From Staphylothermus marinus F1 (lineage in GTDB: Archaea; Thermoproteota; Thermoprotei_A; Sulfolobales; Desulfurococcaceae): 32,000 nucleotides of DNA. Positions 24,105 through 32,000 of the stretch are shown here, one piece after another. The stretch lies in the NCBI RefSeq assembly GCF_000015945.1, contig NC_009033.1:480001-512000 (forward strand), read 5' to 3'. Within the stretch, counting starts at the first letter, position 1. Every line of letters starts with the position of its first letter. Position numbers and translations under genes: made by a program. The notes under the pieces were generated by a model. It worked only from the letters and a program-made list of their open reading frames with translations, was not told the DNA's origin and did not search any database.

Positions 24105-25202
24105 ATGGATAACTATATGGAACTTTTAGAATTTGCTAGGAGAGTCACGAATAAGACTCTCCAAGAAATCTTTGACGAAGTAGATGTTGAAGCTAAAGGT
24201 GTTTCTAGTAAAGTTGTTGATATACCCTTTATTTCTAGGGATTATACCTTGAGAGGGGGGAAGAGGCTTCGAGCATTTCTTGTACTAATTGGTTATTGGA
24301 GCAGAAAATGGGGTTATGGCAATATTGACTCGATAAAGTATTTAATGGCTGGAATAGAGTTTTTGCAGAGCTACCTATTGGTGCATGATGATATAATGGA
24401 TGAAGACGAGATTAGGAGAGGTGGTCCAACTGTTCATGTATGGTTTGATAGGAAATGTAGAGAAGAAGGACTTATTAGTCGATGCAAACACTACGGTGTT
24501 TCACAAGCAATAATTGTTGGAGATTATCTAGAATCGCTGGCTGTTTCAATGTTTACTAGGCTTAACTTGCCTGATTATGCATTAAAAGAATTAATTAAAA
24601 CATATACTAGGGGTGTACGATTAGTAGCTTATGGTCAATTCCTCGACGTCTTAATAGCTAATACACCACTAAAGAAAGTATCTGAAGATGATGTCTATAA
24701 TATACACATGTTAAAAACAGCATCCTATACTGTAGAATTACCTTTACATCTTGGAGCAATAGCTTCTCTAATGTACAATAATGAATTACTAATGGAGCTT
24801 TCACAATATGCTTTACCAGCAGGCATAGCTTTCCAGCTACAAGACGATATACTGGGATTGTATGGTGATCCAAAGGTTACAGGTAAACCTGTTGGAAGCG
24901 ATGTTAGAGAGAAGAAGAAAACATTACTTATAGTTAAAGCGTATCAGTTCGCAGATGCTGATGATAAAAAGTTTCTAGAAGAACTATATGATAAGAGGAA
25001 ACCCGAAGAAATCACAGACGAAGATATTAGGAGAGTTCAGAGTATAGTAAGGGAAACAGGTAGTTTAGATTATAGTGTTAAAAAGATGAACGAATACGTT
25101 GAAAGAGCAAGGAATGCTTTGAGATCATCTGTAATAATTAATGAAACAGCTAGAAACATTCTAGAATGGCTCCTAGAATTATTTATTAAAAGAAGACATT
25201 AA
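24105..25202 (+). CDS. Polyprenyl (geranylgeranyl) diphosphate synthase
   Basis: The first Asp-rich motif is 'LVHDDIMDEDEIRRGGPT' and the second is 'FQLQDDILGLYGD'. The hydrophobic track N-terminal extension (24039) is rejected: TTTATTATTTATA at ~24058-24070 and GGTGGTGA at 24094-24101 favour ATG 24105 (MDNYMELL). Confidence 0.88.
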   Translation: MDNYMELLEFARRVTNKTLQEIFDEVDVEAKGVSSKVVDIPFISRDYTLRGGKRLRAFLVLIGYWSRKWGYGNIDSIKYLMAGIEFLQSYLLVHDDIMDEDEIRRGGPTVHVWFDRKCREEGLISRCKHYGVSQAIIVGDYLESLAVSMFTRLNLPDYALKELIKTYTRGVRLVAYGQFLDVLIANTPLKKVSEDDVYNIHMLKTASYTVELPLHLGAIASLMYNNELLMELSQYALPAGIAFQLQDDILGLYGDPKVTGKPVGSDVREKKKTLLIVKAYQFADADDKKFLEELYDKRKPEEITDEDIRRVQSIVRETGSLDYSVKKMNEYVERARNALRSSVIINETARNILEWLLELFIKRRH

Positions 25203-25244
25203 GTTGGTATTGTATATTTATTTTTATTATGAGGAGATAGAATC

Positions 25245-25571
25245 ATGCCTGGCAGAAGAATGGGATGGAGAGTAGGGAGGCCTAGGAAGCCTAGAATAGT
25301 TAGATTTGATATTAGTGGGAAAATAACATGGGTACCGTTAGTTAATGGTTTACCAGCTCAGAAATCTCCACCAATAATTTTAGAGCCTGACGAGTTCGAA
25401 GCGTATAGACTTGTTTACGGTCATGGTTTAACCCAGGAGGAAGCAGCTGTTAAAATGGGTATTTCAAGAGGTACTTTATGGAGACTACTAGTTTCTGCTC
25501 GTAGAAAAATAGGTTATGCTCTTGAAAACTTGGCCCCCCTAATAATTGAGCCAAAAACTGAGACTCCATAA
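25245..25571 (+). CDS. DUF134 (UPF0251) family HTH protein
   Basis: 'GRPRKPRIV', 'ILEPDEFEAYRLVYGHGLTQEEAAVKMGISRGTLWRLLVSARRKIGYAL' show the characteristic DUF134 / sigma70-region-4-like HTH. GAGGAG lies 8 nt before the ATG. Confidence 0.8.
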   Translation: MPGRRMGWRVGRPRKPRIVRFDISGKITWVPLVNGLPAQKSPPIILEPDEFEAYRLVYGHGLTQEEAAVKMGISRGTLWRLLVSARRKIGYALENLAPLIIEPKTETP

Positions 25572-25596
25572 TATTAATACTTAAGAAGGGTTTTGA

Positions 25597-25878
25597 ATGC
25601 CTAAGAGAATGGGTGAAATAGAGTATTGGCTTAAAAAATTGTTTTTCAGCGGTAGAAAAGAAGATTATATTGTTTATATACGTTACAGAGTCGATGGGGA
25701 GGAAGAACTTAGGCCTATTCCCGGAAAATTCATTGATGATATTCGGAGAGGATACATTATTGTTGGAGAAGACATGATTCCTTTTCATAGAGTAGAGGAG
25801 ATCAGGACACGCGATGGAAAAATTGTTTTTAAGCGGAGAAAAAATATGGGTTTAAGAGACTTAGATCCATCCTCTTAG
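25597..25878 (+). CDS. DUF504 / MJ1316-like RNA cyclic-phosphate-end recognition domain protein
   Basis: 'EDYIVYIRYRVDG...IPFHRVEEIRTRDGKIVFKRR' fits the DUF504 pattern (Y.I.Y.DR ... IP.HRI..I ... vW.R). The gene is small (93 aa) and starts 25 nt after the DUF134 gene. Confidence 0.65.
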   Translation: MPKRMGEIEYWLKKLFFSGRKEDYIVYIRYRVDGEEELRPIPGKFIDDIRRGYIIVGEDMIPFHRVEEIRTRDGKIVFKRRKNMGLRDLDPSS

Positions 25879-27141
25879 CTTCATTGCACGAACTACGCGA
25901 TCTACAGCGATTGCGTATGCGGCTGCTCTCATTGGGTAATCACTGAATTTCTTCTGCCAATCATCGAATACACGGTTGAAGTTATGGGTCATTATTCTGT
26001 CTAGTCTAGCTAGTGCTTCTTCATCTGTTAACCAGCATCCCATACGGTTGTGGCTCCATTCAATCCAGCTCATTGTTACGCCTCCTGCATTCGCTAGAAT
26101 ATCTGGTACGATTACTACGCCCTTCTTATGAAGGATCTCTTCGGCTTCAGGAGTTGTTGGCCCATTTGCTCCTTCACTTATAACTTTGGCTTTGATACGG
26201 TCAGCGTTTGCCTTGGTTATAACGTTCTCGGTTGCTGCTGGTATGAGTATATCTACGTCTAACTCTAATAGTTCTTCATTACTGATTATCTTCACATTTC
26301 CTTTCTTATAATTCGTTACCTTGCCAGTTTCCGCCTTAACCTTCATTGCTTCTTCAACATCTATTCCGTTAGGATCATATATTCCACCACTACGGTCGCT
26401 GACGGCTACAACTATTGCACCCCACTCCTTGAGGTATTTAGCAGCGTATTGACCAACATTGCCGAATCCCTGTATAGCTACGGTTTTACCTTCAATTCCC
26501 CCAATCCATCTCTTAGCTGCTTCGCGTGCTGTTAAGGCTGTTCCATAACCTGTTGATACTGTGCGTGCATGTAGTCCTCCTAATTCTACTGGTTTAGCTG
26601 TTACGACTCCCCATGCATTGTATCCGACAATTTTACTGTATTCGTCAAAGTACCAAGCCATTGTTTGTGGATTAGTATATACGTCTGGAGCTGGTATATC
26701 TACGTCTGGACCAACATTTCTAGCTAATGCAGCAAAATATTTTCTGCTGAGCTCTTCTAGTTCACGCTGGCTCAGTAGCTTGGGGTTTACTCTTACACCT
26801 CCCTTTCCTCCACCATATGGTATTCCTGCTAAGCTATTCTTCCAAGTCATCCACATAGATAATGCTACTACCTCACCAGGTGTTACGTCTTCACGGTAGC
26901 GTATTCCACCCTTGTAGGGGCCTAGAGCACTGTTATGCTGAGATCTCCATCCGAGATAGACTTCGATTTTGCCATTATCTCTTCTAACAGGTATTTTAAC
27001 TTGTATTAACCTTTCAGGATGTCTCAGTACTTCTACGATCTCATCTGGCAAGCCTAGTAATTGGGCTGCTTCTCTTAATTGTTTAACTGCCATTTGATAA
27101 GTTGGGTCATTTTCATATAGTGAAGCAGGTATTTCTGTCAT
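25861..27141 (-). CDS. gdhA: Glutamate dehydrogenase
   Basis: 'HNSALGPYKGGIRY', the catalytic loop 'PYGGGKGGV', and the Rossmann motif 'AIQGFGNVG' are present. GGTG lies 7-10 nt before the ATG. The 3' end overlaps the convergent DUF504 gene by 18 nt. Confidence 0.95.
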   Translation of the reverse strand: MTEIPASLYENDPTYQMAVKQLREAAQLLGLPDEIVEVLRHPERLIQVKIPVRRDNGKIEVYLGWRSQHNSALGPYKGGIRYREDVTPGEVVALSMWMTWKNSLAGIPYGGGKGGVRVNPKLLSQRELEELSRKYFAALARNVGPDVDIPAPDVYTNPQTMAWYFDEYSKIVGYNAWGVVTAKPVELGGLHARTVSTGYGTALTAREAAKRWIGGIEGKTVAIQGFGNVGQYAAKYLKEWGAIVVAVSDRSGGIYDPNGIDVEEAMKVKAETGKVTNYKKGNVKIISNEELLELDVDILIPAATENVITKANADRIKAKVISEGANGPTTPEAEEILHKKGVVIVPDILANAGGVTMSWIEWSHNRMGCWLTDEEALARLDRIMTHNFNRVFDDWQKKFSDYPMRAAAYAIAVDRVVRAMKLRGWI

Positions 27142-27143
27142 CT

Positions 27144-27166
27144 AGAACACCAATACATTATGTTCT
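27144..27166. promoter_or_regulatory. Palindrome AGAACA-N11-TGTTCT immediately upstream of the gdhA start codon
   Basis: The 6-bp arms lie at 27144-27149 and 27161-27166. In the mRNA this hairpin would include the GGUG SD-like element. Confidence 0.3.
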
Positions 27167-27316
27167 CAATATATGTTTATATCAATATCAGGTATATATA
27201 TCGATTGCCTCCATATTTACATATAATATACGGTATAGTGGGAATAGTGTGGGTATATACAAATAAGTATGAAATAAACACGTATTTAAAATAACGTTAA
27301 GAATAGAAAATCTATG

Positions 27317-28507
27317 CTAATATTCTTTCATGATAAGAGTCTCACTACTCTCCTCCAGAATCTTAAATATTTTCCGAGCATCAGCCTCTATCAATGGAGG
27401 ATACTTTACAGGTTCAGGTATCTCTTCATCACGGCTTATAGCTCTCCTAGCCAATAATTCTTCACGTATCCTATTCTTTAAGAATTCATCAGCTAATCTA
27501 CTATGATATATTGTTGCCAGGCTCTGCTTGATCATTTCAGGTATATGTGTTTCCTCCCTCTCTTCATGAATATGAGGATTACGTGGTTCTATCTGGAAAA
27601 TCTCAATAGTATTCTTCATGACCTCCGGGAATCTAGTTTGTTTTAAACCAGTATATTCCTCGAGCATATAAACAATCTGGTATGGTTCAATGCTGAAACC
27701 GCTTGAATAACCTATTCTATCAACTAGTTCCAGAGTCATAGCATGTTCTCCGGCATTACTTGTTTTTATAATATCAGTTTCAAACTTTGTGATTGATGCA
27801 ACTAACAGGTTCATGTATCTATTAGTTATTTCTGAAACCCTTCCCCTCCTACGGAAATAGAATCTTTTACCGACAAATTTTGTTTTATAGGGCCACTTGA
27901 TTCTAACCATTGCAAATGGTGATTTAGCCATGTAGAATCCAGCAGCATATATGTGGACATACTCGTTAACAGCTCCTGGAATATAGTTGTCTGAATCAAT
28001 GAATCCAACATATTTCCTACCCAGATACTTAGCCAGTAATAATCCTACAATCATTCCCTCACCTTTACCATCCTTCACGTATCCATTATCTCCAACAATA
28101 TATGGATAACCAGCTTCTTTGAGCGCTTGTCCAAGCACGGGGTCTTTTTGGTGAACAACCATTAAAGGTCTACGTGTTAATCTATAGAATTGAAACAATG
28201 TATCTAACTCAATCCTATACTTATCTATTGGTTCACGCTTACTGTTAGATACAACAACCACAAATGCATCATGAGGTATTCCACTCAACACACCCTCGAG
28301 GACTTTGGGGTTCTCATTCTTCACTGGAACAATAATTGTCATATTAGCTTCTATTTCCTCAATATCACTACTGCTCACATTAATTGTTCCCGGAACTTCT
28401 CCGCCGAAATCACTTGTTTTACCACCACTAAGCTCCAATACTCGCTGAACATCATAGAACCTAACCGCTCCAAATCTCTCCATATACCTTGGCATTTCAA
28501 CCCTCAT
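27317..28507 (-). CDS. mpgS: Mannosyl-3-phosphoglycerate synthase (GT55)
   Basis: Similarity to the Pyrococcus MPGS as I recall it is extensive. Shared segments include 'MPRYMERFGAV', 'IVPVKNE', 'VVVSNSKRE', 'GKGEGMIVGLLLAKYLGRKYVGFIDSDNYIPGAVNEYV', 'GRVSEITNRYMNLLV', 'NAGEHAMT' and 'IEIFQIEPRNPHIHE'. Confidence 0.92.
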   Translation of the reverse strand: MRVEMPRYMERFGAVRFYDVQRVLELSGGKTSDFGGEVPGTINVSSSDIEEIEANMTIIVPVKNENPKVLEGVLSGIPHDAFVVVVSNSKREPIDKYRIELDTLFQFYRLTRRPLMVVHQKDPVLGQALKEAGYPYIVGDNGYVKDGKGEGMIVGLLLAKYLGRKYVGFIDSDNYIPGAVNEYVHIYAAGFYMAKSPFAMVRIKWPYKTKFVGKRFYFRRRGRVSEITNRYMNLLVASITKFETDIIKTSNAGEHAMTLELVDRIGYSSGFSIEPYQIVYMLEEYTGLKQTRFPEVMKNTIEIFQIEPRNPHIHEEREETHIPEMIKQSLATIYHSRLADEFLKNRIREELLARRAISRDEEIPEPVKYPPLIEADARKIFKILEESSETLIMKEY

Positions 28508-28602
28508 ACCAATCCCTCCAAGTAATAATATCTATATATCAACAATGTTTTAACACTATTCATATTTCGGCAAAAATAGTATATTTCAATGTGTGACCAG
28601 CT

Positions 28603-29466
28603 ATGAATAAGAAGAGAATAGTAATTATATCAGATATGGATGGTTGCTTACTTGATAAAACATATGATTATAGGAAAAGTATTGATGCTATAAAATATGT
28701 TTTAAAAAACAATATTTTACTAATCCTAAATTCTTCGAAGACAAGATACGAGATCGAATACTATATTAAAAAATGGGGTTTACATGACAAAACAATATTC
28801 ATAGTAGAGAATGGGGCAGCAATTTTCATCCCCAAAAAACTTGTTGGTAAGAATTCGCTGATTCATAATGTGCTTAAGAAACATAGGTACATCTTAATTG
28901 ATAAATACATTATAATAGTAAACGGGTTAAAAACAAGTATTATCGAGCAGAAGATAGCTGATATAATTGAGGAGACAAAGGAAAAAATATTGTGGCTCAA
29001 AGATTTTACACCACAGAAATTCTCTGAACTAACAGGTTTACCAATAGAGCAATCAATATTGGCTCTGAAACGCGAATACTCGTACCTGTTCCACCCATTA
29101 GTTAAGGGAGAAATAATTGATAATATAATTGAAGAGATCAGAGTTAGAGGCTTAAATGTTTCAACAGGTTCTGGAATCATATACCTTATAACTGGAAACC
29201 ATGATAAAGGCTTAGCAACTAAGCAAATAATTGAGATCATAAAAGAGATTTTCAATAAAAACATAGTAACAATAGGCGTGGGAGACGGACACAATGATAT
29301 ATCAATGCTTAAAACAACGGATTACTCTATACTCCTAAACTGTAGAGAAGATATTATCCAGGAACTTAGCAACAAAAACAACATAGCCATAACATGTAGG
29401 CGTGGACCCAGTGAATGGTTGAACATGGTGAGGAGAATAGTTGAATTAATAGTGAAGAAGCAATAA
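28603..29466 (+). CDS. mpgP: Mannosyl-3-phosphoglycerate phosphatase (HAD-IIB)
   Basis: HAD motif I 'ISDMDGCLLD', motif II 'LNSSKTRYE' (MPGP-typical SSKT), and motifs III/IV 'GNHDKG ... GVGDGHNDISML'. The gene is divergent from mpgS. Confidence 0.8.
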   Translation: MNKKRIVIISDMDGCLLDKTYDYRKSIDAIKYVLKNNILLILNSSKTRYEIEYYIKKWGLHDKTIFIVENGAAIFIPKKLVGKNSLIHNVLKKHRYILIDKYIIIVNGLKTSIIEQKIADIIEETKEKILWLKDFTPQKFSELTGLPIEQSILALKREYSYLFHPLVKGEIIDNIIEEIRVRGLNVSTGSGIIYLITGNHDKGLATKQIIEIIKEIFNKNIVTIGVGDGHNDISMLKTTDYSILLNCREDIIQELSNKNNIAITCRRGPSEWLNMVRRIVELIVKKQ

Positions 29467-29633
29467 ATAATTCGTACAAATAATATAATTATATTATCGG
29501 ATCATCCGAGCAGAGATATTTGTTTCTAAAATATTCTTGATTAAGCAATCCATCTATTAGCTGAGTATTAGAGCTGAAAAATAAAGAAGCTGGTTAGGGA
29601 AAATATTATGTATTTTTATAAATTTGATTATTT

Positions 29634-30017
29634 TTATTGTTTTAAGAGCTGTGTTCTATCAGCATAGTTTACTGTGTATTCTTTTGGTTTCAGTTTTTCC
29701 ACGATATAGTTGAATGCTCTCCATGGATCGCTTTTTTCTCCACACGTGTATACGTCGACTGTGGCGTAGCGGTAGTTTATCCATGTATGAATTGCTATGT
29801 GGCTCTCAAGGACCAGTGCTATTACTGATACTCCTCCCTTTTCACCGCCTAGCTTCCATGATTTAACCTCTAGTAGAGTCATATTAGCTAGTTTAGCCGC
29901 TTCTACAACCACGTTTCTAAGATATTCTTCGTCTCCAGCGATTTCTTCTGGTATTTCATATAGGTTTCCGTATACATGTTTACCTATAATCCTAGGATCT
30001 ATTAGGGTGTTATCCAT
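29634..30017 (-). CDS. Pyruvoyl-dependent decarboxylase proenzyme of the SpeH family (AdoMet decarboxylase or crenarchaeal arginine decarboxylase paralogue)
   Basis: '[15 protein letters not shown]' contains the E-S self-cleavage site of SpeH-type proenzymes, and 'VDVYTCG' follows downstream. The protein is 127 aa. Confidence 0.85.
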   Translation of the reverse strand: MDNTLIDPRIIGKHVYGNLYEIPEEIAGDEEYLRNVVVEAAKLANMTLLEVKSWKLGGEKGGVSVIALVLESHIAIHTWINYRYATVDVYTCGEKSDPWRAFNYIVEKLKPKEYTVNYADRTQLLKQ

Positions 30018-30034
30018 ATAATCTCACCTCTTAA

Positions 30035-31081
30035 CTAATCATTTATATTTGTGAATAGCCAGCTTAGATCGGGGGGATTGATTCTTTTAATTCCTTCATC
30101 TATTAGTCCATGAACAATTAATGGTAATGCTATTGTAGCGTCTACATAGACTGTTCTTCTCTTAGCGTTGGATTTAACTTTGCCCCAGCTAATTGCTTCT
30201 TCTAGTGTTGCTCCAGATAATCCTCCCCATTGAGGAGCATCAGTAGTGATCTGAATTATGTATTCGAATCCCTTATTATAGTCTCCTATTCCTTCTTGTT
30301 CGGCTAGAAGCATCTGCATAACAGTTACGAGATTAGCATAATCTTTTGGAACTCCTCCACCAATATATATTGCTGATAATTTATTGGATCGTTGTCCAAT
30401 TTCTACAATTTGCTCGAAATCCTTAACCATATCTAAAACTATACTGTGACCTCTACGCTTAGCTAATATAGAAGCTATACCGTATCCACTATCAACTATT
30501 GCTGGAGAAAACACTGGAACACCAGATCTATAAGCTGCTGATACTATACAGTCTATTCCTTTCTCATCAAGATATTTTCCAAACAAGTATAAGAACTCCA
30601 TTGTAGAATATGTTTTGTTGTTATCAAGTGTTTCAATGAATTCTCTTATAAGATCCTCCATTTCCCTATACTTGAGTTCATCAGCATATACATCATAGAA
30701 CCTATCAATTTTAAGCTTGAACAATACTGAGTCATCAACCATCGGTGAGCCTTTATAGTAGTAGTTCCCCATAGCTTCATATATGTCTTCAGAAATATTT
30801 GCCCCAGTAGAAATAACTACATCCACTATTCTCTCCTCAACAAGCCACTTAATAAGTTTCCACATACCAGCTGTACTCATTGATCCAGCAAGTCCTAAGA
30901 ATATCGTATTATTGTTTTTCCTAATCATATTCTTCAATATCCTATAAGCTTCTCCAAGAGCTCTCCCCTGATAAGCAGTATCAGCCATTGCTTCCAATAA
31001 TTCAGCTACACTCTTCTTTGAAGGCTCAATAGTCCTCAACTTCTCGCTTAGGTATATATCTCTACTATGACCTATAACCAT
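30035..31081 (-). CDS. dys: Deoxyhypusine synthase
   Basis: 'FLGLAGSMSTAG', 'ISTGANISED', 'IYIGGGVPKDY' and 'GGLSGATLEEAISWGK' are DHS family motifs. GGTGG lies 9 nt before the ATG. The stop is 17 nt upstream of the SpeH-family start (same strand). Confidence 0.92.
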   Translation of the reverse strand: MVIGHSRDIYLSEKLRTIEPSKKSVAELLEAMADTAYQGRALGEAYRILKNMIRKNNNTIFLGLAGSMSTAGMWKLIKWLVEERIVDVVISTGANISEDIYEAMGNYYYKGSPMVDDSVLFKLKIDRFYDVYADELKYREMEDLIREFIETLDNNKTYSTMEFLYLFGKYLDEKGIDCIVSAAYRSGVPVFSPAIVDSGYGIASILAKRRGHSIVLDMVKDFEQIVEIGQRSNKLSAIYIGGGVPKDYANLVTVMQMLLAEQEGIGDYNKGFEYIIQITTDAPQWGGLSGATLEEAISWGKVKSNAKRRTVYVDATIALPLIVHGLIDEGIKRINPPDLSWLFTNIND

Positions 31082-31407
31082 TCATTTTCCACCAACAAAA
31101 AAGTAAAACTTAACAAGTTATAAACAAGTGTAAATTCTCATAAAATTACAGATAGATAAGAAAACTATTAGCTTGTTCTATTATATAAACCAATCTAAGC
31201 AAAGAATTAAACTGAAGAATTAATTGATCTTAATAAATACTTTCCTTAACACAGGAACTAAACCCCAACCTGTAAGAGGAAGTTTATGAAAACTCGTAAT
31301 CAGATAAATCGGATAAATATGAAATTAATTACAGGTATGAACAGATAAAATCATGGAGGGATTCTAGAAAAAAGCTAGGATAAATATTTTATGGGAGAGT
31401 ACTAAAC

Positions 31408-31473
31408 TTACTCTTCTTTAGGTTTCTCTTCTTCCTTCTTTCCTTTCTTCTTGGATTTCCTTGCCTTGGCCAT
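31408..31473 (-). CDS. Candidate micro-protein, 21 aa, Lys/Glu-rich
   Basis: The minus strand reads aaaGGGGAGGAtccATG GCC..., encoding MAKARKSKKKGKKEEEKPKEE*. A strong GGAGG lies 5 nt before the ATG, and TTATATTA lies about 50 nt upstream. It falls below the ORF-track cutoff. Confidence 0.35.
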   Translation of the reverse strand: MAKARKSKKKGKKEEEKPKEE

Positions 31474-31509
31474 ATGGATCCTCCCCTTTGACGGGGTTCA
31501 TGAGTTATC

Positions 31510-31521
31510 TTAGATATCTAA
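31510..31521. promoter_or_regulatory. Perfect 12-bp palindrome TTAGATATCTAA
   Basis: It lies 37-48 nt upstream of the micro-ORF ATG (minus strand), adjacent to the TATA-like TTATATTA. It may be an operator. Confidence 0.3.
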
Positions 31522-31694
31522 TAATATAAGGATGAGTAAATCTATAGGAGTTTATTGTTGATGCAGATAGTTCATTAAATGTAGTATCATATAAGCCTAC
31601 TACAGTGTTAACATATTTTATCTCGGTTTACATATTTTAAAGTGTAATAGAGGTTTATTTATGGAAAATTTATAGGGAAAAGGGCTGTCAAAAA

Positions 31695-32000
31695 TTGAAT
31701 AATTCAGCACCAATAGATGAAGAAATTGAGAAGAATCCTAAGAGGAGGTTGCTAGAGCTTTTAAGGATTCTAGCTTCATTTTATTCTTTTAGAAAGCTTG
31801 AAGAAAAACTCGGTATACCAATGCAGACTTTGTGGAAATACTATATGTTAAAAACTATACCTGAAAAACAAACAGCAATAAAGATACTGCAGAAGATTAA
31901 GGATGCAGGAATACTTGATGAAATAGTTAGGGAGATTAGTTATGAAATAACTGATCCTATCTCCATCCTCAGCAATAGAGGCATACTTGAATTAGCAGCT
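31695..32000 (+). CDS. Partial CDS (102 codons, runs off the window): putative HTH DNA-binding protein, possibly the N-terminal domain of a PurR/phosphoribosyltransferase-type regulator
   Basis: The frame is open from the in-frame stop at 31638-31640 to the window end, and TTG 31695 is the only start-type codon. The product is MNNSAPIDEEIEKNPKRRLLELLRILASFYSFRKLEEKLGIPMQTLWKYYMLKTIPEKQTAIKILQKI... The 'L..L......+.+Le..lgip...lwkY..g...P' pattern is HTH-like. The functional call is weak. Confidence 0.45.
   Translation, partial: MNNSAPIDEEIEKNPKRRLLELLRILASFYSFRKLEEKLGIPMQTLWKYYMLKTIPEKQTAIKILQKIKDAGILDEIVREISYEITDPISILSNRGILELAA

Noticed and set aside
25450-25788. 112-aa minus-strand ORF spanning the DUF134/DUF504 junction
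   Set aside because: It is antisense to two recognisable family members and its translation is low-complexity.
26561-26899. 112-aa plus-strand ORF antisense to gdhA
   Set aside because: Shadow ORF inside gdhA. The Ser/Pro/Thr-rich translation shows no motif.
28863-29294. 143-aa minus-strand ORF antisense to mpgP (also 27826..28011, 28271..28525 around mpgS)
   Set aside because: Shadow ORFs within confidently assigned genes.
1-32000. CRISPR arrays, transposases/integrases/IS inverted repeats, tRNA or rRNA genes
   Set aside because: I saw no regularly spaced direct repeats and no recombinase- or transposase-like ORFs. The only GC-rich islands are 50-60 nt with C/D box architecture, which is too short and has the wrong motifs for a tRNA.

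Overview
This is an AT-rich, tightly packed archaeal chromosomal segment. It shows GGTGA/GGAGG Shine-Dalgarno-like motifs, TATA-like boxes about 26 nt before inferred transcript starts, frequent TTG/GTG starts and 4-11 nt gene overlaps. The gene content includes an ESCRT-III/CdvB paralogue, GTP cyclohydrolase III, archaeal-type riboflavin synthase, mannosylglycerate genes, deoxyhypusine synthase and a SpeH-family decarboxylase. This suggests a hyperthermophilic crenarchaeon of the Desulfurococcales type (Staphylothermus-like), which is inference only. Most of the window is housekeeping: Hsp20; a uridine phosphorylase + PfkB kinase pair; succinyl-CoA synthetase sucCD; pyrophosphatase; a riboflavin operon (arfA-ribH-ribC-ribB on the minus strand); TrpRS; hexulose-6-phosphate synthase; an MTHFS-like protein; GGPP synthase; glutamate dehydrogenase; divergent MPGS/MPGP; and a SpeH-family + deoxyhypusine synthase operon. 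I found no CRISPR array, transposase/integrase, rRNA or tRNA, and no recognisable canonical defence system. Seven items deserve a second look. (1) Two well-formed C/D box sRNA candidates sit in GC-elevated intergenic islands, and a third C/D-like GC island is embedded in the 5' end of a deaminase-type amidohydrolase gene. (2) That amidohydrolase is divergently promoter-coupled to the riboflavin operon and is a candidate for the poorly assigned archaeal pyrimidine deaminase step. (3) An RHH/coiled-coil protein lies in tandem with a short beta-CASP-like MBL nuclease. (4) An orphan CdvB paralogue is flanked only by uncharacterised small genes. (5) A very AT-rich ORFan is followed by a 104-aa unknown + minimal HExxH peptidase cassette. 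(6) Two short ORFs fall below the track threshold: 49 aa, and a 21-aa lysine-rich peptide with a strong SD. (7) Several promoter-proximal palindromes are present. All functional calls rest on motif recognition by eye, and no searches were run.
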